The notes under the pieces are model-generated. The model saw only the letters and a list, made by a program, of their open reading frames with translations. It was not told the origin of the DNA and made no database searches. Shown one piece after another: positions 1 to 10,297 of a stretch of DNA of 64,000 nt. The first letter of the stretch is position 1, and the number at the start of each line of letters is the position of its first letter. The translations under genes were made by a program, and so were the position numbers. The stretch is from Candidatus Latescibacterota bacterium (GTDB taxonomy: Bacteria > Latescibacterota > UBA2968), in assembly GCA_965207885.1 (NCBI GenBank), contig OZ242311.1:416001-480000 (forward strand), given 5' to 3'.

Positions 1-2
1 CG

Positions 3-1193
3 GCTAAGAATTTGCCCGCGTCATGGAGTCTTGAAGAGAATATTATCTGGAAGGCCGAGTTACCTTCGTGGAGCGGGAGTACGCCTGTTATCTGGGAAGA
101 TCGCATTTTTCTGACTTCGCCGTCGCCTGCGCAAAGGCCAGAGGATCAGGAACCGGGGGGACCGGAGATTTTTATTTTGTGTTTGTCGAAGAAAGATGGC
201 AGTGAACTCTGGCGGTATAAGTTGGATGAGGGCAATGTGCTGCGGCGCAAGCACAATACGACGTCGCCGTCGCCTGTTACGGATGGGGCGCATGTGTGGG
301 TGATTACGGGCAATGGGGTTGTGACGTGTCTGGATATGGATGGAAAGGCGGTCTGGTCGCGCGATCTCCAAGAGGATTACGGCAGATTTGGTCTGCTTTT
401 CGGGTATGCGTCTTCGCCGATTCTGTACGATGGGAAGCTCATTCTTCAGGTGCTTCACGGGATGCGTACAGATGATCCTTCGTATGTTGTCGCGTTGGAC
501 GCCAGTAGTGGGAAAGAGGTCTGGCGGAAGGAGCGCCCGACAGATGCTATTCGAGAGTCGCCCGATTCGTACACGACGCCCACGTTGTTGAATCGCGATG
601 GCAAGACTCAGATTGTGATTACGGGTGGGGATTGTGTGACGGGGCACGATCCGGATACGGGGCGTGAGGTCTGGCGGGCAAATGGGTTGAATCCCGGGCG
701 GAGGGGCAATTATCGGATTGTGGCGTCTCCCGTGGTGGTCGGGGATATGATTTATGCGCCGACCCGGCAGCGGCCCTTGCTGGCGCTTGAGGCTGGTGGC
801 ACGGGCGATGTTTCCGGCAATGTGGTGTGGAAGTGGGAGGGGGCTGCTGCGCCGGATGTGCCGACGCCGACGAGTGATGGGAAGTATTTTTATATGGTTG
901 ATGATCGCGGGCGGGCGATGTGTCTGGATGCAAAGACCGGGGCTGTGGTGTGGGGTCCTGAGCGGACGACGCAAGGTATTGTGAGCGCGTCACCCCATCT
1001 GGCGGATGGCAAGTTGTTTTTGCTGAATGAATATGCTGTGACGACTGTTCTGGCTGCTGGTCCCAAATATGAGGTTTTGGGTACGAATGAACTGGATGGT
1101 ACGTACACACTGTCGTCCCCCGTTTCGTCCGGGTCACAGCTTTTTATTCGGACGGCGACGCATTTGTATTGTATTGGGTATAGTGGGGAGTAA
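3..1193 (+). CDS. PQQ-binding-like beta-propeller repeat protein (BamB-like), 5'-partial
   Basis: Repeated SP(V/I)..G..+ and LD..(T/S)GK..W propeller motifs; the frame is open back to the window start. Confidence 0.85.
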   Translation, partial: AKNLPASWSLEENIIWKAELPSWSGSTPVIWEDRIFLTSPSPAQRPEDQEPGGPEIFILCLSKKDGSELWRYKLDEGNVLRRKHNTTSPSPVTDGAHVWVITGNGVVTCLDMDGKAVWSRDLQEDYGRFGLLFGYASSPILYDGKLILQVLHGMRTDDPSYVVALDASSGKEVWRKERPTDAIRESPDSYTTPTLLNRDGKTQIVITGGDCVTGHDPDTGREVWRANGLNPGRRGNYRIVASPVVVGDMIYAPTRQRPLLALEAGGTGDVSGNVVWKWEGAAAPDVPTPTSDGKYFYMVDDRGRAMCLDAKTGAVVWGPERTTQGIVSASPHLADGKLFLLNEYAVTTVLAAGPKYEVLGTNELDGTYTLSSPVSSGSQLFIRTATHLYCIGYSGE

Positions 1194-1214
1194 ACGGAGT
1201 CTGTCCAAAAAGAG

Positions 1215-1249
1215 AACGCCCCAGCATCCGTTTTGCCGGGGCGTTTTTT
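1215..1249 (+). terminator. Rho-independent terminator
   Basis: aacgccccagca-tccgttt-tgccggggcgtt hairpin followed by a T run, after the stop at 1193. Confidence 0.65.
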
Positions 1250-1265
1250 GCGCCGGGTATGTCCA

Positions 1266-1712
1266 ATGTCCAATTATTCACAAATTGAATTGGAAAGTTT
1301 TATGACCGCTGCACTCGTCGAGGGCAGAAGAGCGCTTCCCGAGTGTTTGCCCAATCCGCCGGTCGGATGTGTGCTTGTGCGAGAACGCAAAATTATTGCC
1401 CGGGGATATACCAATCCGCCGGGTCAATTTCACGCAGAGGCGATGGCACTGGCGCAAGTGGCGGGTTCACTGGAAGATGTTACGGCATTCGTCACTCTGG
1501 AGCCGTGTTCTTTTTATGGGCGCACGCCTTCGTGTGCGCAGGCACTTGTTCAGAGAAAAGTCCGGGATGTTTTTGTCGCACTTATCGATCCGCATCCCCA
1601 GAATCGTGGACGGGGTATTCAAATTCTTAAAGACGCGGATATTCCCGTGCAGGTCGGTCTGTTAGAGGAAGAGGCTGAGAAAGACCTGGGTCATTATCTT
1701 TTCAAATGTTAA
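1266..1712 (+). CDS. Stand-alone RibD-type deaminase domain (Zn-dependent deaminase fold)
   Basis: PNPPVGCVLV, HAE and TLEPCSFYGRTPSC motifs; no reductase domain. Confidence 0.85.
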   Translation: MSNYSQIELESFMTAALVEGRRALPECLPNPPVGCVLVRERKIIARGYTNPPGQFHAEAMALAQVAGSLEDVTAFVTLEPCSFYGRTPSCAQALVQRKVRDVFVALIDPHPQNRGRGIQILKDADIPVQVGLLEEEAEKDLGHYLFKC

Positions 1713-1732
1713 TCATTCCCACAGGAGACACT

Positions 1733-2566
1733 ATGAACAACTGGATGGATATTTACGAAGAACGAAACTACGGGGGTATGCCCTATCGCTTGCTCAGACC
1801 CATTGATATCGCAGACCATCCCGATAAAGCGTATCCTCTCATTTTCAGCTTGCACGGTGCGGGAGGTAAAGGTACGGATAATATCAAAAACCTGCGCCAC
1901 TGGAACGAATCGCCACTGGCTGAAGAAACACATCGCCGCAAATATCCCTGTTTTGTTCTTGCACCTCAAACGCCCCTGCGCTGGCTGGTGCCCAATTCCA
2001 TGCCCGAGGTCACACAGGAATATATAGATTCGCTGACCGACATCTGGCAAGCGCGCGTTAAGCGATTGCTGGATCGAGGTGACGATCTCACAGCAGGTGA
2101 TTTGGGCAGAGCCTTTGATCTGCTGGACGCGATATGCGATGCGTTTCCAATTGATCAGGATCGCATCTATGTGCTGGGGCATTCAATGGGTGGATTCGGT
2201 ACCTGGAACGCCGTTTGCGCACAACCCGACCGCTTCGCCGCCGCGATGCCTTCTGCTGGCGGGTGCGAACCGTGGAATGACATCAGCCGCATTGCAGAAG
2301 TTCCCATCTGGACATTTCACGGCGATGCCGATGCAGTCGTGCCCGTTGATTTGACCCAGGATGCCTTTCGCCAGTTGAACGCGCTGAATGCCAATACCAA
2401 ATACACGGAATTGAAAGACGTGGGACACAATGCGAGTGCCTACGGTTTTGCGTACACAGGCGATGACCCGCAACGCGGATTTATCACGCACTTTGCCAGC
2501 GATCAGTGCGACAAAACCGAGAATGTCTGGGACTGGCTATTTGCACAAAAGCAGGGTGAAGTGTGA
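1733..2566 (+). CDS. Alpha/beta hydrolase (predicted peptidase/carboxylesterase)
   Basis: LHGAGG, GHSMGG nucleophile elbow, FHGDAD and GH motifs; SD aggaga before ATG 1733. Confidence 0.85.
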   Translation: MNNWMDIYEERNYGGMPYRLLRPIDIADHPDKAYPLIFSLHGAGGKGTDNIKNLRHWNESPLAEETHRRKYPCFVLAPQTPLRWLVPNSMPEVTQEYIDSLTDIWQARVKRLLDRGDDLTAGDLGRAFDLLDAICDAFPIDQDRIYVLGHSMGGFGTWNAVCAQPDRFAAAMPSAGGCEPWNDISRIAEVPIWTFHGDADAVVPVDLTQDAFRQLNALNANTKYTELKDVGHNASAYGFAYTGDDPQRGFITHFASDQCDKTENVWDWLFAQKQGEV

Positions 2567-2662
2567 AGTAGGAAGTGTGAAGGGTGAAAGGTGAAAAAGC
2601 ACCCGTTTTAGGGTGGTGTTGGGTGGTTTTCTCACTTCTCACTTCTTCCTTCTAACTTCCTA
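2558..2662. repeat. Heptameric tandem repeats (gaagtgt/gaagtag ... ctcactt) forming an imperfect inverted pair between convergent genes
   Basis: gaagtgt gaagtag gaagtgt gaagggt gaaaggt ... tctcact tctcact tcttcct tctaact tcctaa. Confidence 0.7.
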
Positions 2663-3925
2663 AATTGCTGTACCTGAAGGAATGACGGCGTCTTTGGTGA
2701 TGACGACGATGCCGTCGCGGATGGCGTAGGCGTCGCGTTCTGCTTCGCGGATGTTTTTTGCGTTTTGGATGGTGACGTTTTCCCCTATGCGCGCGTTTTT
2801 GTCGATGATTGCATTGTCGATTACGCATCCTGGACCGATGCCTACGTTTGGGATGCCTTTTTGTTTGTTGCGTTTTTTGTCTTCGGGGGTTTCGTAAAAG
2901 TCGGCGCCCATCATGACGGTGTTGGTGAGTTTGACGCGGGGACCAACGATGCTGCGGATGCCGATGACGGCGTGTTCTATTTCTGCGTCTTGTATGTCGG
3001 AGCCGTCGCCGATTTTGCATTGTTTGAGGTGGCATCCATCCAGTTTGGTCGCGGCGAGGTAGCGCGGGCGGGTGTAGATGGGGGCGCCGGGTTGATAAAA
3101 GGTGAAGAGGGGCGCCGGGGTTGTGAGTGCGAGGTTGGCTTCGTAGAAGGCGCGGATGGTGCCGATGTCTTCCCAGTATCCTTCGAATCGGTGGGCATAG
3201 ACGTTGTGGCTGTGAATGGCGGTGGGGATGATGTGTTTGCCAAAGTCGTCGCCGCTGCTTTCCGCGAGGAGTGTTCTCAGTTTTTCTTTTTCAAAGACGT
3301 AGATGCCCATGGAGGCCATGTACGCTTCGTCGGGGTTGCTGCCGGGTGCAGGATCGAGTTTGAGGTCGTCCAGTTCGGCGTCGGTTTGCGGTTTTTCTAC
3401 GAAGTCGATGATGCGTCCGGTGTCATCTACTTTGAGGATGCCGAGGTCGGGCGCGATTTCTCGGGTGACGGGTTTGACGGCGATGGTGAGATCTGCGCCT
3501 TTTTCCCGGTGTTCGGCGATGAAGTCCCGGTAGTTCATGCGGTAGAGGTGGTCGCCAGAGAGGATGAGATATTGATCTATCTGGTAGGACATGAAGTGGC
3601 GGAGTTGCTGACGAACCGCGTCGGCTGTGCCTTGATACCAGTCGAGGCGGTCTTCGGTTTGTTCGGCGGCGAGGATTTCGACAAAGCCGTTTGAAAAGGC
3701 GTCGAAGCGATAGGTTTGGGCGATGTGGCGGTTGAGAGAGGCGGAGTTGAATTGGGTGAGGGCGTAGATGCGTGTGAGGCCCGAGTGCAGGCAGTTGCTG
3801 ATGGGTATGTCGATGAGGCGATATTTGCCGCCGATAGGGACGGCGGGTTTGGAGCGGTATTTGGTCAGTGGATAGAGGCGCGACCCCGCGCCACCGCCTA
3901 AGATGATGCCGATAACGGATTCCAC
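2660..3925 (-). CDS. glgC: Glucose-1-phosphate adenylyltransferase
   Basis: GGGAGSRLYPLTKYRSKPAVPIGGKYRLIDIPISNC, WYQGTADAV, FVEKP, YWEDIGT; hexapeptide C-terminus. Confidence 0.97.
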   Translation of the reverse strand: MESVIGIILGGGAGSRLYPLTKYRSKPAVPIGGKYRLIDIPISNCLHSGLTRIYALTQFNSASLNRHIAQTYRFDAFSNGFVEILAAEQTEDRLDWYQGTADAVRQQLRHFMSYQIDQYLILSGDHLYRMNYRDFIAEHREKGADLTIAVKPVTREIAPDLGILKVDDTGRIIDFVEKPQTDAELDDLKLDPAPGSNPDEAYMASMGIYVFEKEKLRTLLAESSGDDFGKHIIPTAIHSHNVYAHRFEGYWEDIGTIRAFYEANLALTTPAPLFTFYQPGAPIYTRPRYLAATKLDGCHLKQCKIGDGSDIQDAEIEHAVIGIRSIVGPRVKLTNTVMMGADFYETPEDKKRNKQKGIPNVGIGPGCVIDNAIIDKNARIGENVTIQNAKNIREAERDAYAIRDGIVVITKDAVIPSGTAI

Positions 3926-4021
3926 GCAAAACCTCCTTGTGTTGTGAGGGGGTGTGATATAATATAAATATAGGAATGAAGGTCAAATTGGTCGATATGT
4001 TCAGTGAAAGGAGAAATGAGT

Positions 4022-4825
4022 ATGGATCTCGAACTCGGTATTGCCGGATGGGTGCTCAGTGGTGAAATTTTGCGGGAGGAGTCGCTGACTTTGCTGGAGT
4101 TTCCCGAAGTGTGTGCCGCGCATGGCATGGGGACGGTGGAGTTGTGTTCGCGGTTTTTTGCGTCTCAGGATGCGAGGTATTTGAATGAGCTTCGGAATCG
4201 GTTGGCGGACAATGGACTTTCGGTGCGCAATATTGCGGTGGATATGGGCAATATTGCAGGTGCTGATGAGGCTGTGCGGCGCACGGATCTGGAGGCGTTG
4301 AAGCAGTGGTTTTACACGGCGTCGGCTGTGGGTTCCGAGGCGATACGGATTAATACGGGGCACGCGGATGACAATGGGGCGATGAGCCGGGTGATTGCGG
4401 GGTATCGAGAGTTGGTGGCTGTGGGCGAGCAGGCGGGTGTGAAGCTGCTGGTGGAGAATCACGGGGGTGTGTCGTCTTCGTCTGAGAATTTGCAGCGGAT
4501 TCTGGATGGGGTGGATTCCGATTGGTTTGGCACCTGTCCAGATACGGCAAATTTTCCCGATGGCGATTGGGAGGCGGGGATGCGCGTGCTGGCACCGCGT
4601 GCATTTTCATGCCATGTGAAGGTGTTTAATTACAGCGATGACGGGGTGCAGGCGTGGGAGCGAGATGGCAAAGCTATGGGGTATGATTTGAAGACGTGTT
4701 TGGAAATTCTGAATGCGGCAGATTATGCCGGTCCGCTGTGTGTGGAGAAGGGCGCGTCGGATACGACAGAGGCGAGTATCCGCGATACGCTGAGTTATTT
4801 GAAGGATTTGCAGGCGACGGTCTAA
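4022..4825 (+). CDS. Sugar phosphate isomerase/epimerase (xylose isomerase-like TIM barrel)
   Basis: LLVENHGG, CPDTANF, CHVK and LCVE metal-binding motifs. Confidence 0.85.
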   Translation: MDLELGIAGWVLSGEILREESLTLLEFPEVCAAHGMGTVELCSRFFASQDARYLNELRNRLADNGLSVRNIAVDMGNIAGADEAVRRTDLEALKQWFYTASAVGSEAIRINTGHADDNGAMSRVIAGYRELVAVGEQAGVKLLVENHGGVSSSSENLQRILDGVDSDWFGTCPDTANFPDGDWEAGMRVLAPRAFSCHVKVFNYSDDGVQAWERDGKAMGYDLKTCLEILNAADYAGPLCVEKGASDTTEASIRDTLSYLKDLQATV

Positions 4826-4861
4826 GAGCAGTTTTACAACTTGATCAATCGGGAGAACACC

Positions 4862-7228
4862 ATGAAAATTGGATTGCGGTTCTGGATGGTTGTCTGCTGT
4901 GCCTCTTGCATTGCGTTGCCTCTTCTTGCAGAAGAAGATGAAGTACCTCAACAAGACAAGATCGTCCGAAATACGCTGTTTGCCCTGGGTCAACGCCAGA
5001 TTCAAGCGGGTGAAATCAACGAGGCCATGGCCACTCTCCAACGCATTTTGAAACTCTTTCCCGAAGACGCCCATGTGTATTCTCAACTGGGTTATATCTA
5101 TCTCAAACGGAAAGAATACAAAGAAGCTGAAGGCGCCTTCAAAACAGCCAAAAAATTCGACAAAAGCCTCGTCGAAGCCTATGTCGGGCTTGGTCTTACG
5201 TATGCCGAAACACCCACGCGGGGTCTGCAATCTTATTACAATTTCCGTAGAGCCATCCGCGAAGCCAAGCGCGCCACCAAACTCGACCCCAACTACGGTC
5301 CGGCCTATCGCTTGCTCGGCGAAGTCTATGAGCGATTTGAAGAAGATCACACCAGGGCTATGCAGTATTATCAGAAATACGTCGAACTCGAACCCGATAA
5401 TCCCGAGGGCCTTTATTCTTACGGTTTAGCCTGTGTACAGGCCAAAGAGTTTGACACCATTCTCGAACATATTGCCCCCTACCTCTCGGCAAATCCCGAC
5501 ATCGTTCAACTCTTGCCCATTGTTGCACAGGGTCATTTTTACAACGACGAGGCGCAAAAAGCTCTCGAACTCTTCGAGCGCTATCTCGCCAACATCAAAA
5601 GCAGTGAACGCGCATACTACACCGATATTGCCTACATTGCCTCAGATACAGAACTCCAGGAATACCGCGCCGCCATACCGGGACCCGAACAACAGGCATA
5701 TCGCGAGCAATTCTGGGCACGGCGCGACCCAGACATCCTCACCAAACTCAACGAGCGCGTCATCGAACACTACCGCCGCACCTGGTATGCGCGCACCTAT
5801 TTTTCGTCCAATGTCTATCCCTGGGATGAACGGGGTGCTGTTTATATTCGATATGGCGAACCCGACTACCGCTCGCGCTCCAATGATCGCAACTTTGTCC
5901 AGACCGCCGAAGTGGAGCGCGTGCGCACACAGATGGCCGTTGACATCTACGGTCCTGAAGCGGCCACCTACACCTTCACAGGTCCCGTCTTTCCCATTCG
6001 CACCAGCCTCGACATAAGTTTCGATCTCGTTGAGGGCAATCCATTTGAACGCAATCCACTTGAACGCGATGGCACCATCGAAAGCGTCCTCAATGAGCAG
6101 GGAAAACTCAATACCCGCTTGAAATTTGGCCGCTTTTCGCCTGTTACTATTGACAGTGAAATTGATACCGTGCCCTGGGAAACCTGGACCTATATTCAGC
6201 TCAATGGGGGCATAGAGATTACCTTTACCGACGAAATGGGCAATGGACGCTATGACTTTGCCCCACTGCCCGACGCCACAGGCATTGCAGATCCCGAAGC
6301 CATTGCTTATCTCGCCCGCATGACCGAACACATGCCCGCAGTCATCTACCAGCAAGCCGTATCGACTTCGCCCGACTTTTATCGCCCTGGACTTCCCGGC
6401 GATATACTCAATTTCTACTACGATCTGGCGCACTTCCGCGGACCCGACGGACAAACCAATCTCGAGATTTACTACGGCATCCCGCCCGAGCAGGTCGAAA
6501 TAGAGCAAGAAGCCGATTCGAGTTTCATACATGTGCAATTAGCCGTTGCGCTGGCAAATGAAGGTCACACATCCATCTATCGCACAACCGATGAGTTCGC
6601 GTATCGCGGCGCACAGGTACCCAACACAATTGAACAGGGGTCTTTTGTGCCTGAAATCATCAAAACACAGGTACCGCCCGGCAAATACGAACTTCAAGTA
6701 CAAATGAAAGACCTCATCTCTGGACGCACCGGTCTCTACCGGCAAGAACTCGAAGTCAGAGACTATCAGATCCCAGAACTCCAGGTCAGCGAAATTCAAC
6801 TGGCCTCGAACATTGCAGAAGAAGGCGCAACAAAATTCCTAAAAGAAGACGTGTGGATCATTCCCATACCCACGCGCAGTTATGCCGCAACGCAAAATGT
6901 CTATGCCTACTTTGAAATCTACAACCTGACCAAAGATACCTTTGGACAAACCCGTTACAAAACCGAATACCGCATTCGCTCCAGTGCCATGCCCGCCGTT
7001 GGCGTATTTGGCGCAGTGGCCACGGGGTTGCGCACCATCTTTAGAGCCAGCAAACCCCAGGTGGCCATCACCAACGAACTCACGGGACGCGACGCCGACG
7101 AGCGCGAATACGTCGAAATCGTGCTCAACAAAGTCAGACCCGGGGTCAACGCACTCGAGGTCATCGTAACCGATCTAATCAGTGGCAAGAGCATTGAACG
7201 CGAAGTGCGCTTCCGGTATGGAAATTAA
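4862..7228 (+). CDS. Secreted TPR + GWxTD-domain-like protein
   Basis: Signal peptide, several TPR helices, FWARRDPD...NERVIEHYRR...PWDERGAVYIRYGEPD. Confidence 0.8.
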   Translation: MKIGLRFWMVVCCASCIALPLLAEEDEVPQQDKIVRNTLFALGQRQIQAGEINEAMATLQRILKLFPEDAHVYSQLGYIYLKRKEYKEAEGAFKTAKKFDKSLVEAYVGLGLTYAETPTRGLQSYYNFRRAIREAKRATKLDPNYGPAYRLLGEVYERFEEDHTRAMQYYQKYVELEPDNPEGLYSYGLACVQAKEFDTILEHIAPYLSANPDIVQLLPIVAQGHFYNDEAQKALELFERYLANIKSSERAYYTDIAYIASDTELQEYRAAIPGPEQQAYREQFWARRDPDILTKLNERVIEHYRRTWYARTYFSSNVYPWDERGAVYIRYGEPDYRSRSNDRNFVQTAEVERVRTQMAVDIYGPEAATYTFTGPVFPIRTSLDISFDLVEGNPFERNPLERDGTIESVLNEQGKLNTRLKFGRFSPVTIDSEIDTVPWETWTYIQLNGGIEITFTDEMGNGRYDFAPLPDATGIADPEAIAYLARMTEHMPAVIYQQAVSTSPDFYRPGLPGDILNFYYDLAHFRGPDGQTNLEIYYGIPPEQVEIEQEADSSFIHVQLAVALANEGHTSIYRTTDEFAYRGAQVPNTIEQGSFVPEIIKTQVPPGKYELQVQMKDLISGRTGLYRQELEVRDYQIPELQVSEIQLASNIAEEGATKFLKEDVWIIPIPTRSYAATQNVYAYFEIYNLTKDTFGQTRYKTEYRIRSSAMPAVGVFGAVATGLRTIFRASKPQVAITNELTGRDADEREYVEIVLNKVRPGVNALEVIVTDLISGKSIEREVRFRYGN

Positions 7229-7304
7229 ATGGTTGAAAAAATAACTCTAACATCGGCGTATTGATATAGTATTGGTTGATTTTCCGCCTGTCCAGATACG
7301 ATTA

Positions 7305-7478
7305 AGCGCGTCCATTGAGAGATGGGCGCGTTTTGTTTTACAGACGTTAACAAAGGCTTACAATTTCGTACAAAAAATGAGGAACAAGAGAATCAATAAG
7401 TGAGTTTAATAAATATTATAAAGAGTGGGTTCTTTCAACATTGTCCTTGGGGGGGAAAGGAGGACTCTGAAGAAGGGT
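7305..7478 (+). repeat. Copy 1 of a ~170-bp duplicated terminator + leader module (copy 2 at 10298-10472)
   Basis: aagcgcgtccattgaga(g/a)atgggcgcgttttgttttacagac... is shared; similarity extends to an SD-like aaggag. Confidence 0.85.
7337..7372 (+). promoter_or_regulatory. Four direct hexamer boxes at 10-bp periodicity (tttaca, ttaaca, cttaca, cgtaca); probable winged-helix response-regulator site
   Basis: The ACA trimers end at 7342, 7352, 7362 and 7372; the boxes are conserved in copy 2 while the spacers vary. Confidence 0.55.
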
Positions 7479-7540
7479 GAAAATTCCGCGGACTTGTAGG
7501 TGCGCGGAGGCACGCCGGGGCAAATAGGAGGAATCACACG

Positions 7541-10273
7541 ATGCGCAAATTTTTATTGTTTTGTCTAATTCTCATTGGTGTGTTGGGTGTGTCGGAGTTG
7601 TATATGGCGATTGATGCCGACGCGCAGCAGCGCACGCGCCGTCGCACGACCAATCGCGCAAAGCTCTGGGTGTCGTTGCGCAATAATGGCACACTGGGGC
7701 ACTCGCTGGATGGCGGCAGTATCTTTGGTGCAGAAGTGGGCATGTCGTATCCTGGACGGTGGACCTCGACCTATGCGTCGGGCATTGTGGGCCGCGTGAA
7801 CCGACAGGACAATTCGCGGGGCAATGGCGTGTGGGTGATGGCGCGCACAAATGACGGACGCAAGTTTGTATCTCAGGGAGGTCCCCGCCAGCCATCCGCA
7901 GATATTTTCCCGATCCAGCACAATCCGCGCAATAATGTCGAAAGCATTGCTTCGATCTGGCGGTCTGTGTGGCGTGCTGGCACTCGTCCGTTTAATCTGT
8001 TCAATTACGGACAGAATGCAGCACTCTACTGGCCCCGCATGAATAATATGAAAATCACGCACAATTTTGTGAATGGCGAGCCTGTGGAATACCAGTATAG
8101 TAACGGTATCTACGGCGGTCTGGGACAGGCCGCTTTTCCGCCGGGGCCTGAAAAAGTGGAGCCAATGGATTATTACAACTGGGGATATGGGTTTTATCCA
8201 TTGAACAACGAGTCATTCAAGCAGATGTTGGAGTCTTCTTATAGAACGGTTCGCGCCGGGTTGAATCAGATGCGGTCAAATGGCGTCGCGACCAATCACC
8301 CTCGTTTGTCGCCCGAGTTGTTTAGTGAGAATCTGCTGGTGACGGGCTGGACACAGGCTTCGGGCATTACGGTGAAGCGGATGGTGCATGCGTATTCCAC
8401 GCCGGGTACGGATAATGACGCGATGATCCCCGTGCCAACTCCCAATGGCAAGCAGTCTTCGATTATGACCCGGGGTGATTACGATGACTTTTTGCTCACT
8501 GAGATCGAGTTCTGGAATAATGGCGATATAGATGGCGATGGCAGTGCTGATCCCGGATATCCCAAACAACTCGACGAGGTCTATATTGTGGTTAAGAATG
8601 GGTTCATCGCCAGCAAGACCGGTGCCGAGTGGGTGCCTGCTGGTGGATCGAACTCGAATGCGTGGAATTTGGTTCAGCCCTCAACGCAAGACGATTACTG
8701 GCGCTATACACAGGCGGAGAATTACGATTATCCGGAATATGCCTACAATTACAAGGGCGCGCCCATGCATCTGACTTATGTGTATGACGGCGATGCCGTT
8801 GCCCGTTTGTGGAATGACTACGGAGAGCCTTATGCCCGGTCTCGTGCCCAGCATCAGTACGTGTCAACATCCAATTTTAAGGATGGCACATTGCTCTCTC
8901 CGCAGTATATCGGGATGATGCCGATTGCAACGGGCACATCTGATCATCCCTTCAATGCACTGGATAGAAAAGGTGGCTATGTGAAGCCGCAAGGACCACA
9001 GCCCCGCACCGTGTTCAGATGGCGGATGTATTCTTCGGCATTAGGCGATGATCCCCATGGCGGTACGCACGGCGAGAATCAATTGTTTGACATCTACAGC
9101 GATGCTGCCGGTGTGCTTGGAGATCATGAGACCGATCGGATGGTGCAGCACCACGACAATGAGGAATTGGGTGCGTGGATCGATGCACAGGTTTACGGTC
9201 CTTATACTCTGGGTCCTGGCGACAAGGCCAAAGTGGTGATCGCGTATGTGGCGGGTATGGCGTCTAACGCTGCCAAATATCGCATGGATACCGCAAATTA
9301 TGCGCGTCCCTACGAGTGGAACTGGCAGCAGCAGAGCCTGGTTGACGAATTGGAACTGGGTCTCGAAGCGATCTATGCACACGGCAATGAAGCGCAAAAG
9401 CTGTATGATCTGGGCTTTGACGGGCTTAACCAGCCGCCGGATGTGAAGGTCAATGGGGTGACGAACCTGAAAGGTAATATCGAACTGGACTGGTCGGGCA
9501 TTGCCGATACGGCGATTGATCCAGATCTGGGTCGTCCCGATGTGATAGGTTATCGGATCTATCGCTCTGATTTTATGCGGGTTGGTCCGTGGAAATTGCT
9601 GGCGACGATTCCCAAGGCTGTGGGACCCGAAGGCGAACGCCAGTTGCCCTCAGATGCGCCCATAGGTGCTGGTTTTATCAATCAGCCCTGGGTGGAAGGC
9701 CAGGAGGAGCCCGCCGAAGCCGAGGTTGATGGTCCTTTTCGCTGGGGTACCTATACGTTTACTGATCCAGAGCCCAGCCAGGGGTTTATTTACCACTATT
9801 CGGTACGGGCGTTTGATGAGCAGGGTCTGGAAACCGGGCACTCGGATGAGCGCAATCAGTATCTGAATCCCCCCGGGGGCCTTGTGCCGCGTTTGACTTC
9901 TGCCGTGCTCAACCATGAAAATGAGACCATGTCGCTGCTGATCAGGGTGGTGCCCAATCCCTGGGTACAGGGCATGGATGAGCACAGCTATGGGGCACCT
10001 CGCATCCGGTGGATCAATGTGCCGAGCAGGTGTACGCTGTACATTTACACGCTGACGGGCGATCTGGCATGGCGTGATACCTTTGATACACTCGATCCAC
10101 AGCGGGGGCAACCTGTGGCGCAGGGCGAGATCGAGTGGGATACGCATACGGTGGGTTTGAATGCCAATACGCGCGGTCGTCTCAATGCCGGTACGTATAT
10201 CTGGGTGATTGAATCGCACCATCCCGAGAGTTTGGGTCAGACCCAGAAGGGTCTGTTTGTGATTGTCAATTGA
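7541..10273 (+). CDS. Large secreted protein with FN3-like domain and C-terminal Ig/T9SS-CTD-like domain
   Basis: Signal peptide; DIDGDGSAD Ca-binding-like motif; IELDW...GYRIYRS...YHYSVRAFD FN3 pattern; IRVVPNPW...IYTLTGDL...WD...AGTYIWVI C-terminus. Confidence 0.75.
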   Translation: MRKFLLFCLILIGVLGVSELYMAIDADAQQRTRRRTTNRAKLWVSLRNNGTLGHSLDGGSIFGAEVGMSYPGRWTSTYASGIVGRVNRQDNSRGNGVWVMARTNDGRKFVSQGGPRQPSADIFPIQHNPRNNVESIASIWRSVWRAGTRPFNLFNYGQNAALYWPRMNNMKITHNFVNGEPVEYQYSNGIYGGLGQAAFPPGPEKVEPMDYYNWGYGFYPLNNESFKQMLESSYRTVRAGLNQMRSNGVATNHPRLSPELFSENLLVTGWTQASGITVKRMVHAYSTPGTDNDAMIPVPTPNGKQSSIMTRGDYDDFLLTEIEFWNNGDIDGDGSADPGYPKQLDEVYIVVKNGFIASKTGAEWVPAGGSNSNAWNLVQPSTQDDYWRYTQAENYDYPEYAYNYKGAPMHLTYVYDGDAVARLWNDYGEPYARSRAQHQYVSTSNFKDGTLLSPQYIGMMPIATGTSDHPFNALDRKGGYVKPQGPQPRTVFRWRMYSSALGDDPHGGTHGENQLFDIYSDAAGVLGDHETDRMVQHHDNEELGAWIDAQVYGPYTLGPGDKAKVVIAYVAGMASNAAKYRMDTANYARPYEWNWQQQSLVDELELGLEAIYAHGNEAQKLYDLGFDGLNQPPDVKVNGVTNLKGNIELDWSGIADTAIDPDLGRPDVIGYRIYRSDFMRVGPWKLLATIPKAVGPEGERQLPSDAPIGAGFINQPWVEGQEEPAEAEVDGPFRWGTYTFTDPEPSQGFIYHYSVRAFDEQGLETGHSDERNQYLNPPGGLVPRLTSAVLNHENETMSLLIRVVPNPWVQGMDEHSYGAPRIRWINVPSRCTLYIYTLTGDLAWRDTFDTLDPQRGQPVAQGEIEWDTHTVGLNANTRGRLNAGTYIWVIESHHPESLGQTQKGLFVIVN

Positions 10274-10297
10274 TCACTTATTTACAACTTGAACGAT

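Noticed and set aside
3-1193. PQQ-dependent dehydrogenase call
   Set aside because: Only propeller repeats are present; no dehydrogenase-specific features, and the protein is too short.
4833-10292. Shared 12-mer tttacaacttga at 4833 and 10281
   Set aside because: Too short and AT-rich, and the flanks do not align; may be chance.
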